From an uncultured delta proteobacterium (lineage in GTDB: Bacteria; Desulfobacterota; Binatia; UBA9968): DNA of 61,860 nucleotides. The DNA lies in the NCBI GenBank assembly GCA_963745035.1, contig CAVUVW010000018.1, positions 1 through 61,860 on the forward strand, given 5' to 3'. The translations under genes were made by a program, and so were the position numbers. A model generated the notes under the pieces. That model worked only from the letters and a program-made list of their open reading frames with translations. It ran no database searches and had not been told where the DNA came from. Of the stretch, positions 29,549 through 39,615 are shown piece by piece; positions within the stretch are counted from its first letter, which is position 1; each line of letters opens with the position of its first letter.

Positions 29549-30545
29549 CTATTTTTTCCAGACAGCGTCGATGAAGCCGGTTTTTTCCAGCTCCTGGATG
29601 AAGCTCGCGTCGACTACGGCGTTGGGATCGAAAGTTTTGGCGCGGGGGTCGCGGGCTTCGAGGGTTTTGAGCATGAACTCGATGCCTTTCATGTTGACGT
29701 AAGGAACACGGTCCTGATAGCGGGTGACGACATCGTAGGTCGGGTTGAGCACGTTGGGGTCGCGGTTTTGTGCGAAATCGGCGGTGACCTTAAGTACGAA
29801 CTCTTTATTCTCTTTGTAATAGCGCAGCCCCTCGACAAAAGTTTTCATCACCCGCATCACGGTGTCGCGATGGGATTTTATGTAGGTCTTGGTGCTGGCG
29901 AAGCAGCTGCCTGGGTTATAGAGACCTAGCGTGCTCATATCGATGAGCGGATTGAGGCCGAGTCTCTCGGCGGCGATGTCTTGCGGCGGAATGAACGTCG
30001 AGCCCTGGATCACGCCTTTGCTCAAAGCTGCCAAACGCGTCGGCGCGCCGCCGACGGCGACGACGGCGAAGTCGCGATCGGGAATCAAGCCGCGGTCGCG
30101 GAGTATGAAGCGGACGACGCTATCTTCCTGGGAGCCGATCGTCGTGACGCCCAGTGTTTTGCCTTTGAGGTCGGCGATCGTTTTTATATTCGGCGTCGTG
30201 AAAAATCGCCAGTAAAGCGTATTGATGCCGCAAGCGAGATACACGGTGTCGGCGCCGCCGACTGCCGAGGCGATCAGCGCTGCGCCGCCGAGAAATGCCA
30301 TCGGCACCTGACCGGACACCATTGCGGTCGTCAAGACCGGACTGCCTTGAATGTAAACGAGATCGACGTCGAGACCGTTCTTCCTGAACAACCCCGCTTT
30401 GCGCATCACGTCGATGATGCCGAGCGAGGCCACCGGAGCAGGGTAGCCGATCACGAGTTTTTCGAGTTTCTGGGCGTGAGTGGGGCTCCAGGCCAATCGC
30501 TGAGATGCACAATAAGGAGAGAATCAGAGATCGAGAGAATTTCAT
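29549..30545 (-). CDS. NMT1/SsuA-like ABC substrate-binding protein (frameshift in signal peptide)
   Basis: GLFRKNGLDV, DLKGKTLGV, FIQELEKTGFI; signal MKFSRSLILSLL. Confidence 0.85.
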
Positions 30546-30548
30546 TTA

Positions 30549-31517
30549 TCATTGTCCCGCTTTTTTAAGTTCTTCGTTGAGCGCGCGCAACATCGTGAAG
30601 TCATATACTTGCTCCGGCGCGATTTCTTTTTCGACTTTCAGTTGCTTGCGCTGGAAGCTGATGATTTTCTCCTGCAGATCGCGCGATATAGTGCCGTCGA
30701 GGGTATAGCTCTTTAGCGTCGCCTTATAAATGCCAAGCGCGTCGTCGCGTGAAATCTTGAATCCCTCGGCCATGCGCGCGACGGCTTCTTTCTCATTGCC
30801 GCGAAACCAGAGCAGCGCGCGCAAGTGGCGCGCAGAAAACGCCGGACCAGATCCGGCTTTTCCTTGAGCATGCGATCGGTAAGCGCAGCGCCGCCCGATA
30901 CGATATTCAGATCGTAATCGCCGTAGAAGAAAAGCTCGTTGAGTCCTTGCTTGCGCGCGACGATGCTTTCGGTCGGATTGGTGATCGCGGCGTCGAGGCT
31001 GCCGCCGAGCAGCGCAGCCAAGCGTATCGCGCCGGTGCCGGTGCCTTGAATCACGACATCTTTGCGCGGATCGATGCCGTTCATCGCCAAGACTTCGCGC
31101 GTCATTTGATCGGTGTTGGCGCCAAGGCTCGAGACGCCGACGAGCTTGCCGCCTTTCAAATCTTGCAGGCGCCGGATCTTCTTGCTGCCGAAAAACCAAA
31201 ACAGCGGCCGGGTGTCGAAAACCATGACGTTTTTGAGCGGCGCGCCGTGCAGGATCGCCGCGGAGGTTTGGCCGAGGATCTGGCTGAAGTCGAAGCTGCC
31301 GCCGACAAGTCCCTGAATGCCCGCCGACGAGGTCGCCGCGATCGTCAGGACGTTGAGATTTTCTTCTTTGTAGAAGCCTTTTTCCTGGGCGATTTTATAG
31401 ATGAGGACATTGGCGCTGGTGCTGCCCGAGGTGTGAACTTTGATGTCATCGATGGCCAAGCGACCACTGTACTTCACAAGCTAAAAATACCAGTGAACTC
31501 AATATGATAGTCGTCAT
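30549..31517 (-). CDS. NMT1/SsuA-like ABC substrate-binding protein (frameshifts near 31455 and 30822)
   Basis: KGFYKEENL, DLKGGKLVGV, EKPDLVRRFLRA, VYDFTMLR. Confidence 0.8.
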
Positions 31518-31546
31518 ATGTAAGCTTTTCAGCGACATTTGATCTC

Positions 31547-33113
31547 TCACTCCTTCTTGCCGTCGTCTTCAGGTTCCCGTCCGGCAACGACGGCCGCTGC
31601 GGCATTGCGCAAATCGTCGGGCCAGTGGCCGAGCTCGTAGCCGTGCCACGGCGACTTCGGTTTCAACGGCGGCAGTTCGAGCTCTTCCCACAACTTGCGC
31701 GCGCTCTCCATGTATTCTTTGGCCGGCAGAGCGACGGGCGGGTAGTTCCACTTCCTGAGCGCGTTGATGAGCAGCGCGGAAGAGCCGTGCGGCTCGGGAT
31801 AGTGGTGATGCCAACCCGGCTGCGCGGGCGAGACTGCAGATGGATCCATCATCGGCCGCCTGCCGGTCACCGTTTGAATATCGCGATGCGGCTGAACGCG
31901 AAAAACCATCGCCCACATGACGGCGTCCAAATCGTGCGGATCGATGTCCTCGTCGACGACGATGAAGATCTTGCCGAGGCCCGGAGTCAGGCTCGCGGCG
32001 GAATTGAGCGCCTGCCAGGCATGCGCGGGTTGGCGCGCTTTGAGCTGGATGACGAACAGACCCCAGCCGCCGCTTTCTTCGTGAATCGCCACTTGCTTGA
32101 TGCCGCTCATGCCGATGCTTTCTTTCAGACCGTGATAGAAAATCGCTTCGGTGGCGATCTGCTTGAGCTTGCTGCCTTCGCAGGGCGGATGGGCAGCCAC
32201 GAGGTCGAGCAGGATCGGATTTTTCCGTTGAGTGATGTGCTTGACGATGAAGCGCGGATATTTGCCGCGCCCGGCCATGTAGCCGGAGAATTCTCCGAAC
32301 GGCCAGTTGTGGTCCATTTCGTCCGGCGATACCTCGCCCTCTAAGATCATCTCGGCTTGCGCCGGGACATAGAGATCGGCGGTGCGGCAGCGAACTAATT
32401 CGAGCGGCTTTCCCGCAATCGCTCCGGCAACGGCGTATTCATCGACGCCGTAGGGAAAAGTAGAGGCGGCGGCGTAAATCAAGTTCGGCGTCGGCCCGAT
32501 CACCACGGCTGCTTTGAGCGGCGCGCCTTTCTCCCGGGCTTTGTCCAAATGAATGCGCGAATCTTTGCCGGCGCCGAGGCCGACGGAAATTCTTCCGCCT
32601 TTGCGAATATAGCCGCTATAGATACCGACGTTGCGTTGGCCGGTTTCCGGATCGGCTGTGACCCATAGCGCTGCGGTCAACCGCAGCGAGCTGTCGAAAC
32701 CGGGATTGGCTAGCGGCACGGGGATAGCGTCGACAGCATCGTCGAGATTGCTGTCGATGTCGATTTCCTGGACGGGGCCGGTGGGCACGACTAACGGGTC
32801 GATGGGATTTTTTTGGGCGTTGATCCAGCGGTCAAAGATCTCTTCTTCTGCGGCAGTTCATGCCGAGCGCGTAAATCGCGCGCGAAGAGCCGCAGGCGCC
32901 GGAGAGAACCGACATGTCGTATTTTCGGCCCGCGACGCTCGCGACTTTCTCGAATAGAAACGCGCGCCGCTCGCTTTCCGGCAGGCCGCGGAACTGCCAG
33001 CGTACCAGAGGCTCGAGCTCGGTCTCGCGGCACACTTCGCGCCGGATGCGAAATAGTTTTTCGCGGCTCTCCAATGTCTCGATATAGTCTCGAAGACTCG
33101 TGTAATAACCCAC
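31547..33113 (-). CDS. ubiD: UbiD-family protein with altered catalytic motif (paralogue 3; frameshifts near 32850 and 32790)
   Basis: YTSLRDYI, PLVRWQFRG, AEMILEG, VDEDIDP, PWHGYELG.W; NVGIYSG and NWPFGEF replace N.G.YR and EGPFGE. Confidence 0.85.
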
Positions 33114-33123
33114 TCTGGATCTC

Positions 33124-34119
33124 CTATTTTTTGTAAAGTTGGTCGACGAAGCCGGAGCGGCGAATCTCTTCGACGACGCTCGCATCCCAGAAGTCTTTTT
33201 CGGAAAACTTCGCGGCGCGCGGATCGTCGAGTGCGGCCATGTCGAGATGAAAGCGAATGGACTCAGGGTTGGCGCGCAATTCTCTTTCCAGACGGCGCGT
33301 GGTTTCGTCGTAAAGGTAGCTCATGGCCGCCGTGTCGGAGTTTTGAAAATAGCGCTGCAGGATTTTCAGACTCTCGTCCTTGTTGCGGTTCATGTAGTGA
33401 ATGCCTTCGATATAGCCCTTGAGAAAATTGATCACCAGCGGCCGATTTTGCTTGAGCATGCGCCGCGGTCGTGTTGATGCCGCCGCCCGGAGTCGGCACG
33501 TCGAATTTCTGCAGGACCTTGAGGCCTTCGTTTCGGCCGATCAGATCCAGCGGCGGGAAAAGCATCGTGCCGTGGATGACGCCGGCCTTGAGCGCGGAAA
33601 GCCGGCCGCCTTCGCCGCCGCCGATGGAAAGAAACTTGACGTCTTCGTTGGGATTGAGGCCATTATCGCGCAACAGCTTCGCTAGACGAATATAGCTGGC
33701 ATCGCGCCCGCGCGAGATGCCGAGGATCTTGCCTTTCAAATCCTGTACGGACTGGACGTTGGGTTGAGTGAGCAATGACGAGCCGAGGGTGTTCATCGTG
33801 ACGCCGAGGCGGACGACCGGGATACCCTGGAGCTGCGCGGTGGTCACGCCCGTGTCCGAGCCGAAGAGAAACTGAACGCTCTGGCCGATCAACGCCGGCA
33901 CCGCGCGCGCTCCGCCGCTCACCAGGATCGGTTCCACCTCGAGGCCGTATTTTTGCCAGATTCTTTTTTCCGCCGTGATCCAGGAAGGCGTCGAGCCCGG
34001 CGCCACGGCAGGGTAGGCGGCGCGGAGCTTTTCGAGTTTTTCGGCGGCGTACATGTGGCTTGTGCTGCAGCCATGACACACAGACAATTACGATGATAAA
34101 GATTGTGAAATTTTCGCAA
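33124..34119 (-). CDS. NMT1/SsuA-like ABC substrate-binding protein (frameshifts; start approximate)
   Basis: KYGLEVE, DLKGKILGISR, FLKGYIEGI, EEIRRSGFV. Confidence 0.8.
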
Positions 34120-34120
34120 T

Positions 34121-34205
34121 GTGTCATTTCGAACGAAGTGAGAAATCTTCCTTCTCCAACACGCGACGGAATCGGAAAGATCTCTCGCTGCGCTCGAGAT
34201 GACAC
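34121..34205. repeat. 85-nt palindromic MITE-like element (GTGTCATTTCGA...TCGAGATGACAC), copy 1
   Basis: Terminal inverted arms; near-identical copy at 35195. Confidence 0.85.
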
Positions 34206-34279
34206 CAATGGAATTCGGTGGAACTGAGAGGAACGGTCAATGTGAAAAGGCTCGGCGAAACTGAGAGTGCGGCTGTCAT

Positions 34280-35128
34280 CTAAAACCACCTTCCGGTGAG
34301 AAACTGGTTGATGTTGCGCTCCACCATGCGAGTCTTGCCGAGTCCAGCGTAGCTGCCGCCAAGCATGTGCTCGGCGACTTCTTCGCGGCTTTTTCGGCCC
34401 GATTTGATTTCCTCGAGCTTGCCGTAAAAATCTTCGAGGTAGTCGTGCATTTTTCTGAAATAGCTCCGGCCCGCTTGCTCTCCCTCGACCGCGGGGCCAT
34501 GACCCGGCACGAGTTGCTTGTAGTGCGTTTGAAACAGCGGCTTCAACGCGGTGAGCCAGTTGGGAATATTGCCAAAGAAAGTCACGGGATGGACTTCGGT
34601 GTAGAGTAGATCGCCCGCGATGAAGATCTCTTCTTCCTCGAAATAGATGGTCGTGTCGCCTTTGCTATGGCTGTGCCCGTTCTCCGCCCGATATTCGAGA
34701 TGCAAAGTTGCACCGGGAAGGGTCACCGTGGTCTTGTCGGCAAAAACGACGTCCGGAAGAGTCAAGCTCAATTCAGGAAAACGGTCGTACAATTCCGGCA
34801 CCGGCTTCATCATGCGGGCGAAATCAGGTTCACCTTCGTCGCGCATCGCGCCGACACAACCGGCGCTCGCGACGATAGGGACGCCGTGTTGGCGGAAGTA
34901 GAAATTTCCCGACGTGTGATCGAAGTGCTCGTGGGTGTTGATGAGATATTTGACTTCCGTGCAGCCGGTGAGCTTGAGTGCTTCTTCGACTTCGTCGATG
35001 CGGCGGATGTCGGCATCGATCAGGATGGCCGCGCCGCCATTGCCTTTCACGATCGAAAAGTTGGTGGCGCCTTCAGGCCCGATGATAACGTAAGCGGATT
35101 TACCGGCTTGATAGATGGTGGATTCCAT
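34280..35128 (-). CDS. Metallo-beta-lactamase-fold hydrolase (cyclase/glyoxalase II-like)
   Basis: THEHFDH (HxHxDH), HSKGD, AGDL, VPGHG. Confidence 0.9.
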   Translation of the reverse strand: MESTIYQAGKSAYVIIGPEGATNFSIVKGNGGAAILIDADIRRIDEVEEALKLTGCTEVKYLINTHEHFDHTSGNFYFRQHGVPIVASAGCVGAMRDEGEPDFARMMKPVPELYDRFPELSLTLPDVVFADKTTVTLPGATLHLEYRAENGHSHSKGDTTIYFEEEEIFIAGDLLYTEVHPVTFFGNIPNWLTALKPLFQTHYKQLVPGHGPAVEGEQAGRSYFRKMHDYLEDFYGKLEEIKSGRKSREEVAEHMLGGSYAGLGKTRMVERNINQFLTGRWF

Positions 35129-35194
35129 GGCTTGGGATATCCGATCGATGGTCTTGTTGCAAGATTTGCATGGAGATGATGAGGGAGACACGGC

Positions 35195-35279
35195 GTGTCA
35201 TTTCGAACGGAGTGAGAAATCTTTCTTGTCTGACGGGCGACGGAATCGAAAAGATCTCTCGCTGCGCTCGAGCTGACAC
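35195..35279. repeat. 85-nt palindromic MITE-like element, copy 2 (direct orientation to copy 1)
   Basis: 9 mismatches to copy 1 by manual alignment. Confidence 0.85.
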
Positions 35280-35419
35280 CACTAAACTTAGGTGGCATGA
35301 CGTATAAGGAGATTCCACGGTGGGCGACGGACAGGCAGCTACTCCATCAGCTGTGTTGACCTCCCCTCACATGCGGTGCTATTCGCCTAAACAGCAATCG
35401 ACCCAAGAAAGGACCATTC

Positions 35420-36202
35420 ATGATCAAGGAAGGTAAATTTACTCTATTGGAGAAGCGCGGCGCGGTAGCGAAGATTACCATCAACCGGCCGGAAAAAAGA
35501 AACGCGCTCAGCCGGGATGCGATTCGGGAGATTCTTTCGCTTTTTGAAGAACTGCGCACCGACGATTCTATCGCCGTGGTTTTGACGACGGGCGCGGGCG
35601 ACGTAGCCTATTGCGCCGGCCGCGATCTGTCGGAATTTCCCACCGAAGGCGGGAAGAACCGCGGCACAGATCGCCGCGCCGAGCCGCGCGCTTACCACGT
35701 CGCCGAGGTAATTCGGACTTTTCCCAAAGTGACCATCGCCGTTGTGAATGGCTTCTGCTTAGGTGGCGGCATTACGTTACTCCTGCCGCACGACCTGGCC
35801 ATTGCTTCCGATAAAGCCCAGTTCGGTCTGCCGGAAATCAAGAGAGGCTTCCTGCCGTATCCGATCATCGCGACGATGTTCAAAACTCTCATCCCAACGA
35901 AATTCGCCTTTGAGATGATTCTCACGGGCGAAAACTGGGACGCGCAGAAATCCATGGCCGCGGGTTTGATCAATCGCGTCGTGCCGCACGCCGAGCTTCA
36001 GGATGCGGCGTGGAAGTGGGGGGAAGAGATCGGCAAGTTCGATAAAGTGACTTTGAAATTCTGCAAGATGGCGGCGCATTCCTCGATGGAAGCGGCAAGC
36101 GTGCCGATGGCGGCTGAGATCGCCTGGTTGATGCAGGAGGAGCACACCTTGGTCAATCCGCGCGCTTATGCCGGGACGAAGGAGTTTCATAAAGGGCAGT
36201 GA
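35420..36202 (+). CDS. Enoyl-CoA hydratase/isomerase family protein
   Basis: ITINRPEKRNALS, YCAGRDL, IAVVNGFCLGGG, FGLPEI. Confidence 0.92.
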   Translation: MIKEGKFTLLEKRGAVAKITINRPEKRNALSRDAIREILSLFEELRTDDSIAVVLTTGAGDVAYCAGRDLSEFPTEGGKNRGTDRRAEPRAYHVAEVIRTFPKVTIAVVNGFCLGGGITLLLPHDLAIASDKAQFGLPEIKRGFLPYPIIATMFKTLIPTKFAFEMILTGENWDAQKSMAAGLINRVVPHAELQDAAWKWGEEIGKFDKVTLKFCKMAAHSSMEAASVPMAAEIAWLMQEEHTLVNPRAYAGTKEFHKGQ

Positions 36203-36233
36203 GGTGTAAGGCAGTGAGGCGGAATAGAAACGG

Positions 36234-36393
36234 GAAATCCGAAGCACGAAATCCGAAATTCGAAACAAATTCGAATGGCCGAAACACAAAATTGAAAACA
36301 TGGTTCAATTCGGTCGGGGTTTTGAATTTTCTATTTGAGATTCATTTTGACTGTGAGTTTGTTTCGGATTTCGATATTCGAATTTCGAATTTC
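36234..36393. repeat. Inverted array of 7-nt units (AAATCCG/AAATTCG ... CGGATTT/CGAATTT)
   Basis: gaaatccgaagcacgaaatccgaaattcgaaacaaattcgaa ... tttgtttcggatttcgatattcgaatttcgaatttc. Confidence 0.85.
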
Positions 36394-36457
36394 TGCTCAG
36401 GAAGATATAGATGCCTGAGTCATCTACGCAGAGTGCCAATCTAAGAGGAGCGAGGAG

Positions 36458-36898
36458 TTGACCACCGACCGAATCTCCGGGGGAGCGCTAGTCATCCTTT
36501 CGCTTCTGGTGATCTGGCAGAGCGGCACTCTGCCGCTCGGTACGTTCCGCCAGCCCGGCCCCGCTTACATTCCCATCCTGCTGGCTTTGTTTCTCTTGTT
36601 CTTTGGAGCTCTTCTCGCCGTCACGTCCCGCCGCGCGCCAACACTGTCATCGATTCAATGGCGCGAATGGCGCCATGCCGCGGTGATTTTGGCAGCTTGT
36701 ATCTTTGCAGGTTTTGGGCTCGAACGTCTCGGCTACCGCTTCACTGTCCTGCTTATCTTATTTTGTCTCCTCAAGATCGTCGAAAGACGTGGCTGGTTTG
36801 TGAGCTCGACTCTTTCATTCGCGCTGGCGTTTGGTTCTTTCTTTTTGTTCCACACGCTTCTGCGAGTGCCATTACCGCAAGGACCCTTCGGCTTCTGA
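36458..36898 (+). CDS. tctB: Tripartite tricarboxylate transporter small membrane subunit
   Basis: PGPAYIP, LERLGY, LRVPLPQG; TTG start with RBS. Confidence 0.85.
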   Translation: MTTDRISGGALVILSLLVIWQSGTLPLGTFRQPGPAYIPILLALFLLFFGALLAVTSRRAPTLSSIQWREWRHAAVILAACIFAGFGLERLGYRFTVLLILFCLLKIVERRGWFVSSTLSFALAFGSFFLFHTLLRVPLPQGPFGF

Positions 36899-36956
36899 AG
36901 AAGAGGTTCAAATCGTTCAAGTTGTTTAGGCCTGATTACAGAGGCGCCGCGGCCAT

Positions 36957-38480
36957 ATGACTGAAACTCTGCAAAATCTCTACGTCGGATTTTCGGTTGC
37001 ACTGACGCCGAACATCTTGATGTATGCTTTTGTCGGGTGCGTTATCGGAACCCTCGTCGGCGTCCTGCCGGGAGTGGGTCCGCTTGCCGGCATCAGTTTG
37101 CTGCTTCCCGTCTCTTTCGGTCTGAATGCGACCTCGGCGATCGTTCTGCTTTCCGGGATTTACTATGGCGCCATGTACGGCGGCTCGACGACTTCGATCC
37201 TGATGCGCATTCCCGGCGAGGCGGCGTCGGTCATGACCTGCATCGATGGCTATGCGATGACGCGCAGCGGGCGAGCCGGACCGGCTCTGGCCGTTGCGGC
37301 GGTGGGTTCCTATATCGCCGGAACGATCAGCGTCGTCGCTCTTATGTTCCTTGCGCCGCCGTTGGCGAGTTTTGCTCTGCGCTTCGGACCGCCGGAGTAT
37401 TTTACCCTGCTGCTTTTGGGATTGCTGGCGCTCGCCTACATGAGCAGCGGTTCCATGCTCAAGGCGCTCGCGATGGCGGTGCTGGGACTTTTGTTCGGCA
37501 TGATCGGAATCGACCCGATGACGGGGTTCTCTCGCTTCAGTTTTGATCTCGTTGAGCTTGGCGATGGCATCGGCGTGGTGCCGGTGGCCGTAGGCCTTTT
37601 TGGCCTTTCGGAAATTTTACTGACGGCAGGCCAGCCGACGCCGCCGGAAGTCACAAAACCGCGGCTCCGCGAGTTGCTGCCGTCGCGCGAGGAGTGGCGC
37701 GTCTCGCTTCCGCCCATTGGCCGCGGCACGGTACTTGGCTTTTTGATCGGTATCATTCCGGGCTCGGCTCATATCATCTCGTCATTTGTGTCCTACGCGC
37801 TCGAACGGCGCATCTCCAAACATCCCGAGCGCTTTGGGCAGGGGGCGATCGAGGGCGTTGCCGGACCGGAGTCGGCGAACAATTCCGCAACTTCGGGCGC
37901 CTTTGTTCCAATGCTCGCATTGGGCGTCCCTTCAGGTCCGATTCCGGCGGTGATGATGGCGGCGATGATGGTGCATGGAATCTCGCCGGGTCCGCTGCTC
38001 ATCTCTCAGCAGCCCGAGTTGTTTTGGGGCTTTGTCGCCAGCATGTACGTCGGCAACGTCGTGCTTTTGATTTTGAATCTCCCGCTGGTCGGACTCTTCG
38101 TCAATCTCCTGCGAGTTCCCTATCCGCTGCTCTATCCCGGAATTCTGATGTTTTGCGTTCTCGGCGTCTATGCGGTCAACGGCAGCGTGGTCGATGTCGG
38201 CATCATGACGGCGATGGGCGCGTTAGGTTATCTGCTTCGCAAGTTTGACTTCGAGACTGCGCCGGTAGTATTGGGGCTCGTACTCGCGCCGATGATGGAG
38301 ATGAGCTTTCGCCAATCCTTATCCTTGTCTTCGGGCAGCTACAGCATCTTCGTAACGCGGCCTATCGCTCTTGCTTTGCTGGCGGTGGGGCTTGCATTGT
38401 TGCTGTCGAGTATCGTCGCGTTCGTCATGCGGAAAGCGGATTGGCGGCAGCGACTCGGTTTTGCAGGCGTCAAACAGTAG
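36957..38480 (+). CDS. tctA: Tripartite tricarboxylate transporter permease
   Basis: [31 protein letters not shown]. Confidence 0.95.
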   Translation: MTETLQNLYVGFSVALTPNILMYAFVGCVIGTLVGVLPGVGPLAGISLLLPVSFGLNATSAIVLLSGIYYGAMYGGSTTSILMRIPGEAASVMTCIDGYAMTRSGRAGPALAVAAVGSYIAGTISVVALMFLAPPLASFALRFGPPEYFTLLLLGLLALAYMSSGSMLKALAMAVLGLLFGMIGIDPMTGFSRFSFDLVELGDGIGVVPVAVGLFGLSEILLTAGQPTPPEVTKPRLRELLPSREEWRVSLPPIGRGTVLGFLIGIIPGSAHIISSFVSYALERRISKHPERFGQGAIEGVAGPESANNSATSGAFVPMLALGVPSGPIPAVMMAAMMVHGISPGPLLISQQPELFWGFVASMYVGNVVLLILNLPLVGLFVNLLRVPYPLLYPGILMFCVLGVYAVNGSVVDVGIMTAMGALGYLLRKFDFETAPVVLGLVLAPMMEMSFRQSLSLSSGSYSIFVTRPIALALLAVGLALLLSSIVAFVMRKADWRQRLGFAGVKQ

Positions 38481-38539
38481 ATAGCTTCCAAACCCAAGGG
38501 ATCGGATTCGATCCGCTGGCGCGGATCAGGAGGTAGAAA

Positions 38540-39553
38540 ATGGCAACCATTCTAAGTGCCAAGTGTTTGCCGCGTGTCTTCGGCTTGGTTCTACTTATTC
38601 TATTTTACAGCCTTGCCGTCGATTCTCTGGCGCAAGAGAAATACCCCAACCGGCCGATCACGATTGTCGCGCCTTTTCCGCCCGGCGGTGTCGCCGATCT
38701 TACCGCGCGGCCGGTCGCGGCGGCGATGGAAAAGGTCTTGAAAAATCCCGTGGTGGTTTCGAACAAGACCGGCGCGGCGGGCGCTGTGGGCATGGCCTTC
38801 GTCGCCAACAGCAAACCGGACGGCTACAATCTGCTGATGGCGCTATCGAGCATCTCGATCATTCCCGAAGCGGACAAACTCTTCGACCGCAAACCCGCTT
38901 ACACCATGGACCAACTCATTCCGATCGCCTTGATCTCCGCCGACCCGACCATCTTTGTCGTCAGCGCGGACCGGCCATGGAAAAACGTCAAAGAGTTCGT
39001 CGATGATGCGAAGAAACGTCCGGGGCAGATCTCGTACTCCTCTTCCGGCGTGTATGGAACTTTGCATATGGCGATGGAAATGCTCTCGCATGCCGGTGGC
39101 ATCAGCTTGAAGCATGTGCCGTATTCAGGGGCAGGGCCGGCGCTCACGGCAATTCTCGGCGGACACGTGGACACGCTGGCTTCCGGACCCGCCGTTGTGA
39201 TCCCGCAGATCAAAGCCGGCAAGCTGAGGCCTCTCGCCGGATGGGGCGCCAAGCGGGTTGAGGCTTTGCCCGATGTGCCGACGTTTAAAGAGCAGGGTTA
39301 CGATATCGAATTCTACATCTGGGCGGGTCTCTTCGCGCCGCGTGGAACGCCGGAACCGCTAATGAAGAGTGTTCGCGAGGCGGTGCGCCAGGCGGTGAAT
39401 ACGCCTGAGTTTACGGCGGCGATGGAAAAACTTCAGACTCCGATCGCATACCTCGACGCGCCCGAGTTCAGAAAATTCTGGGACAAGGACGCCAAGATGC
39501 TCGCCGACGCGATCAAGCGCGTGGGAAAGATTGAGATACCGGAAGCGAAGTAA
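38540..39553 (+). CDS. tctC: Tripartite tricarboxylate transporter substrate-binding protein
   Basis: YPNRPITIVAPFPPGGVAD, NKTGAAG, PDGY, HVPYSG. Confidence 0.92.
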   Translation: MATILSAKCLPRVFGLVLLILFYSLAVDSLAQEKYPNRPITIVAPFPPGGVADLTARPVAAAMEKVLKNPVVVSNKTGAAGAVGMAFVANSKPDGYNLLMALSSISIIPEADKLFDRKPAYTMDQLIPIALISADPTIFVVSADRPWKNVKEFVDDAKKRPGQISYSSSGVYGTLHMAMEMLSHAGGISLKHVPYSGAGPALTAILGGHVDTLASGPAVVIPQIKAGKLRPLAGWGAKRVEALPDVPTFKEQGYDIEFYIWAGLFAPRGTPEPLMKSVREAVRQAVNTPEFTAAMEKLQTPIAYLDAPEFRKFWDKDAKMLADAIKRVGKIEIPEAK

Positions 39554-39598
39554 GTGAGTAGTGAGAAGAGAGCAGAGAGAAGTCAGGAGCAAGGAGTA
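39554..39598 (+). repeat. Single arm of the 7-nt unit repeat family
   Basis: gtgagtagtgagaagagagcagagagaagtcaggagcaaggag. Confidence 0.5.
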
Positions 39599-39615
39599 AA
39601 CGGAGAGGGGCGCGA

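Noticed and set aside
34280-35128. Antibiotic-resistance metallo-beta-lactamase
   Set aside because: No signal peptide; motif pattern and catabolic context fit a generic cytoplasmic MBL-fold hydrolase.
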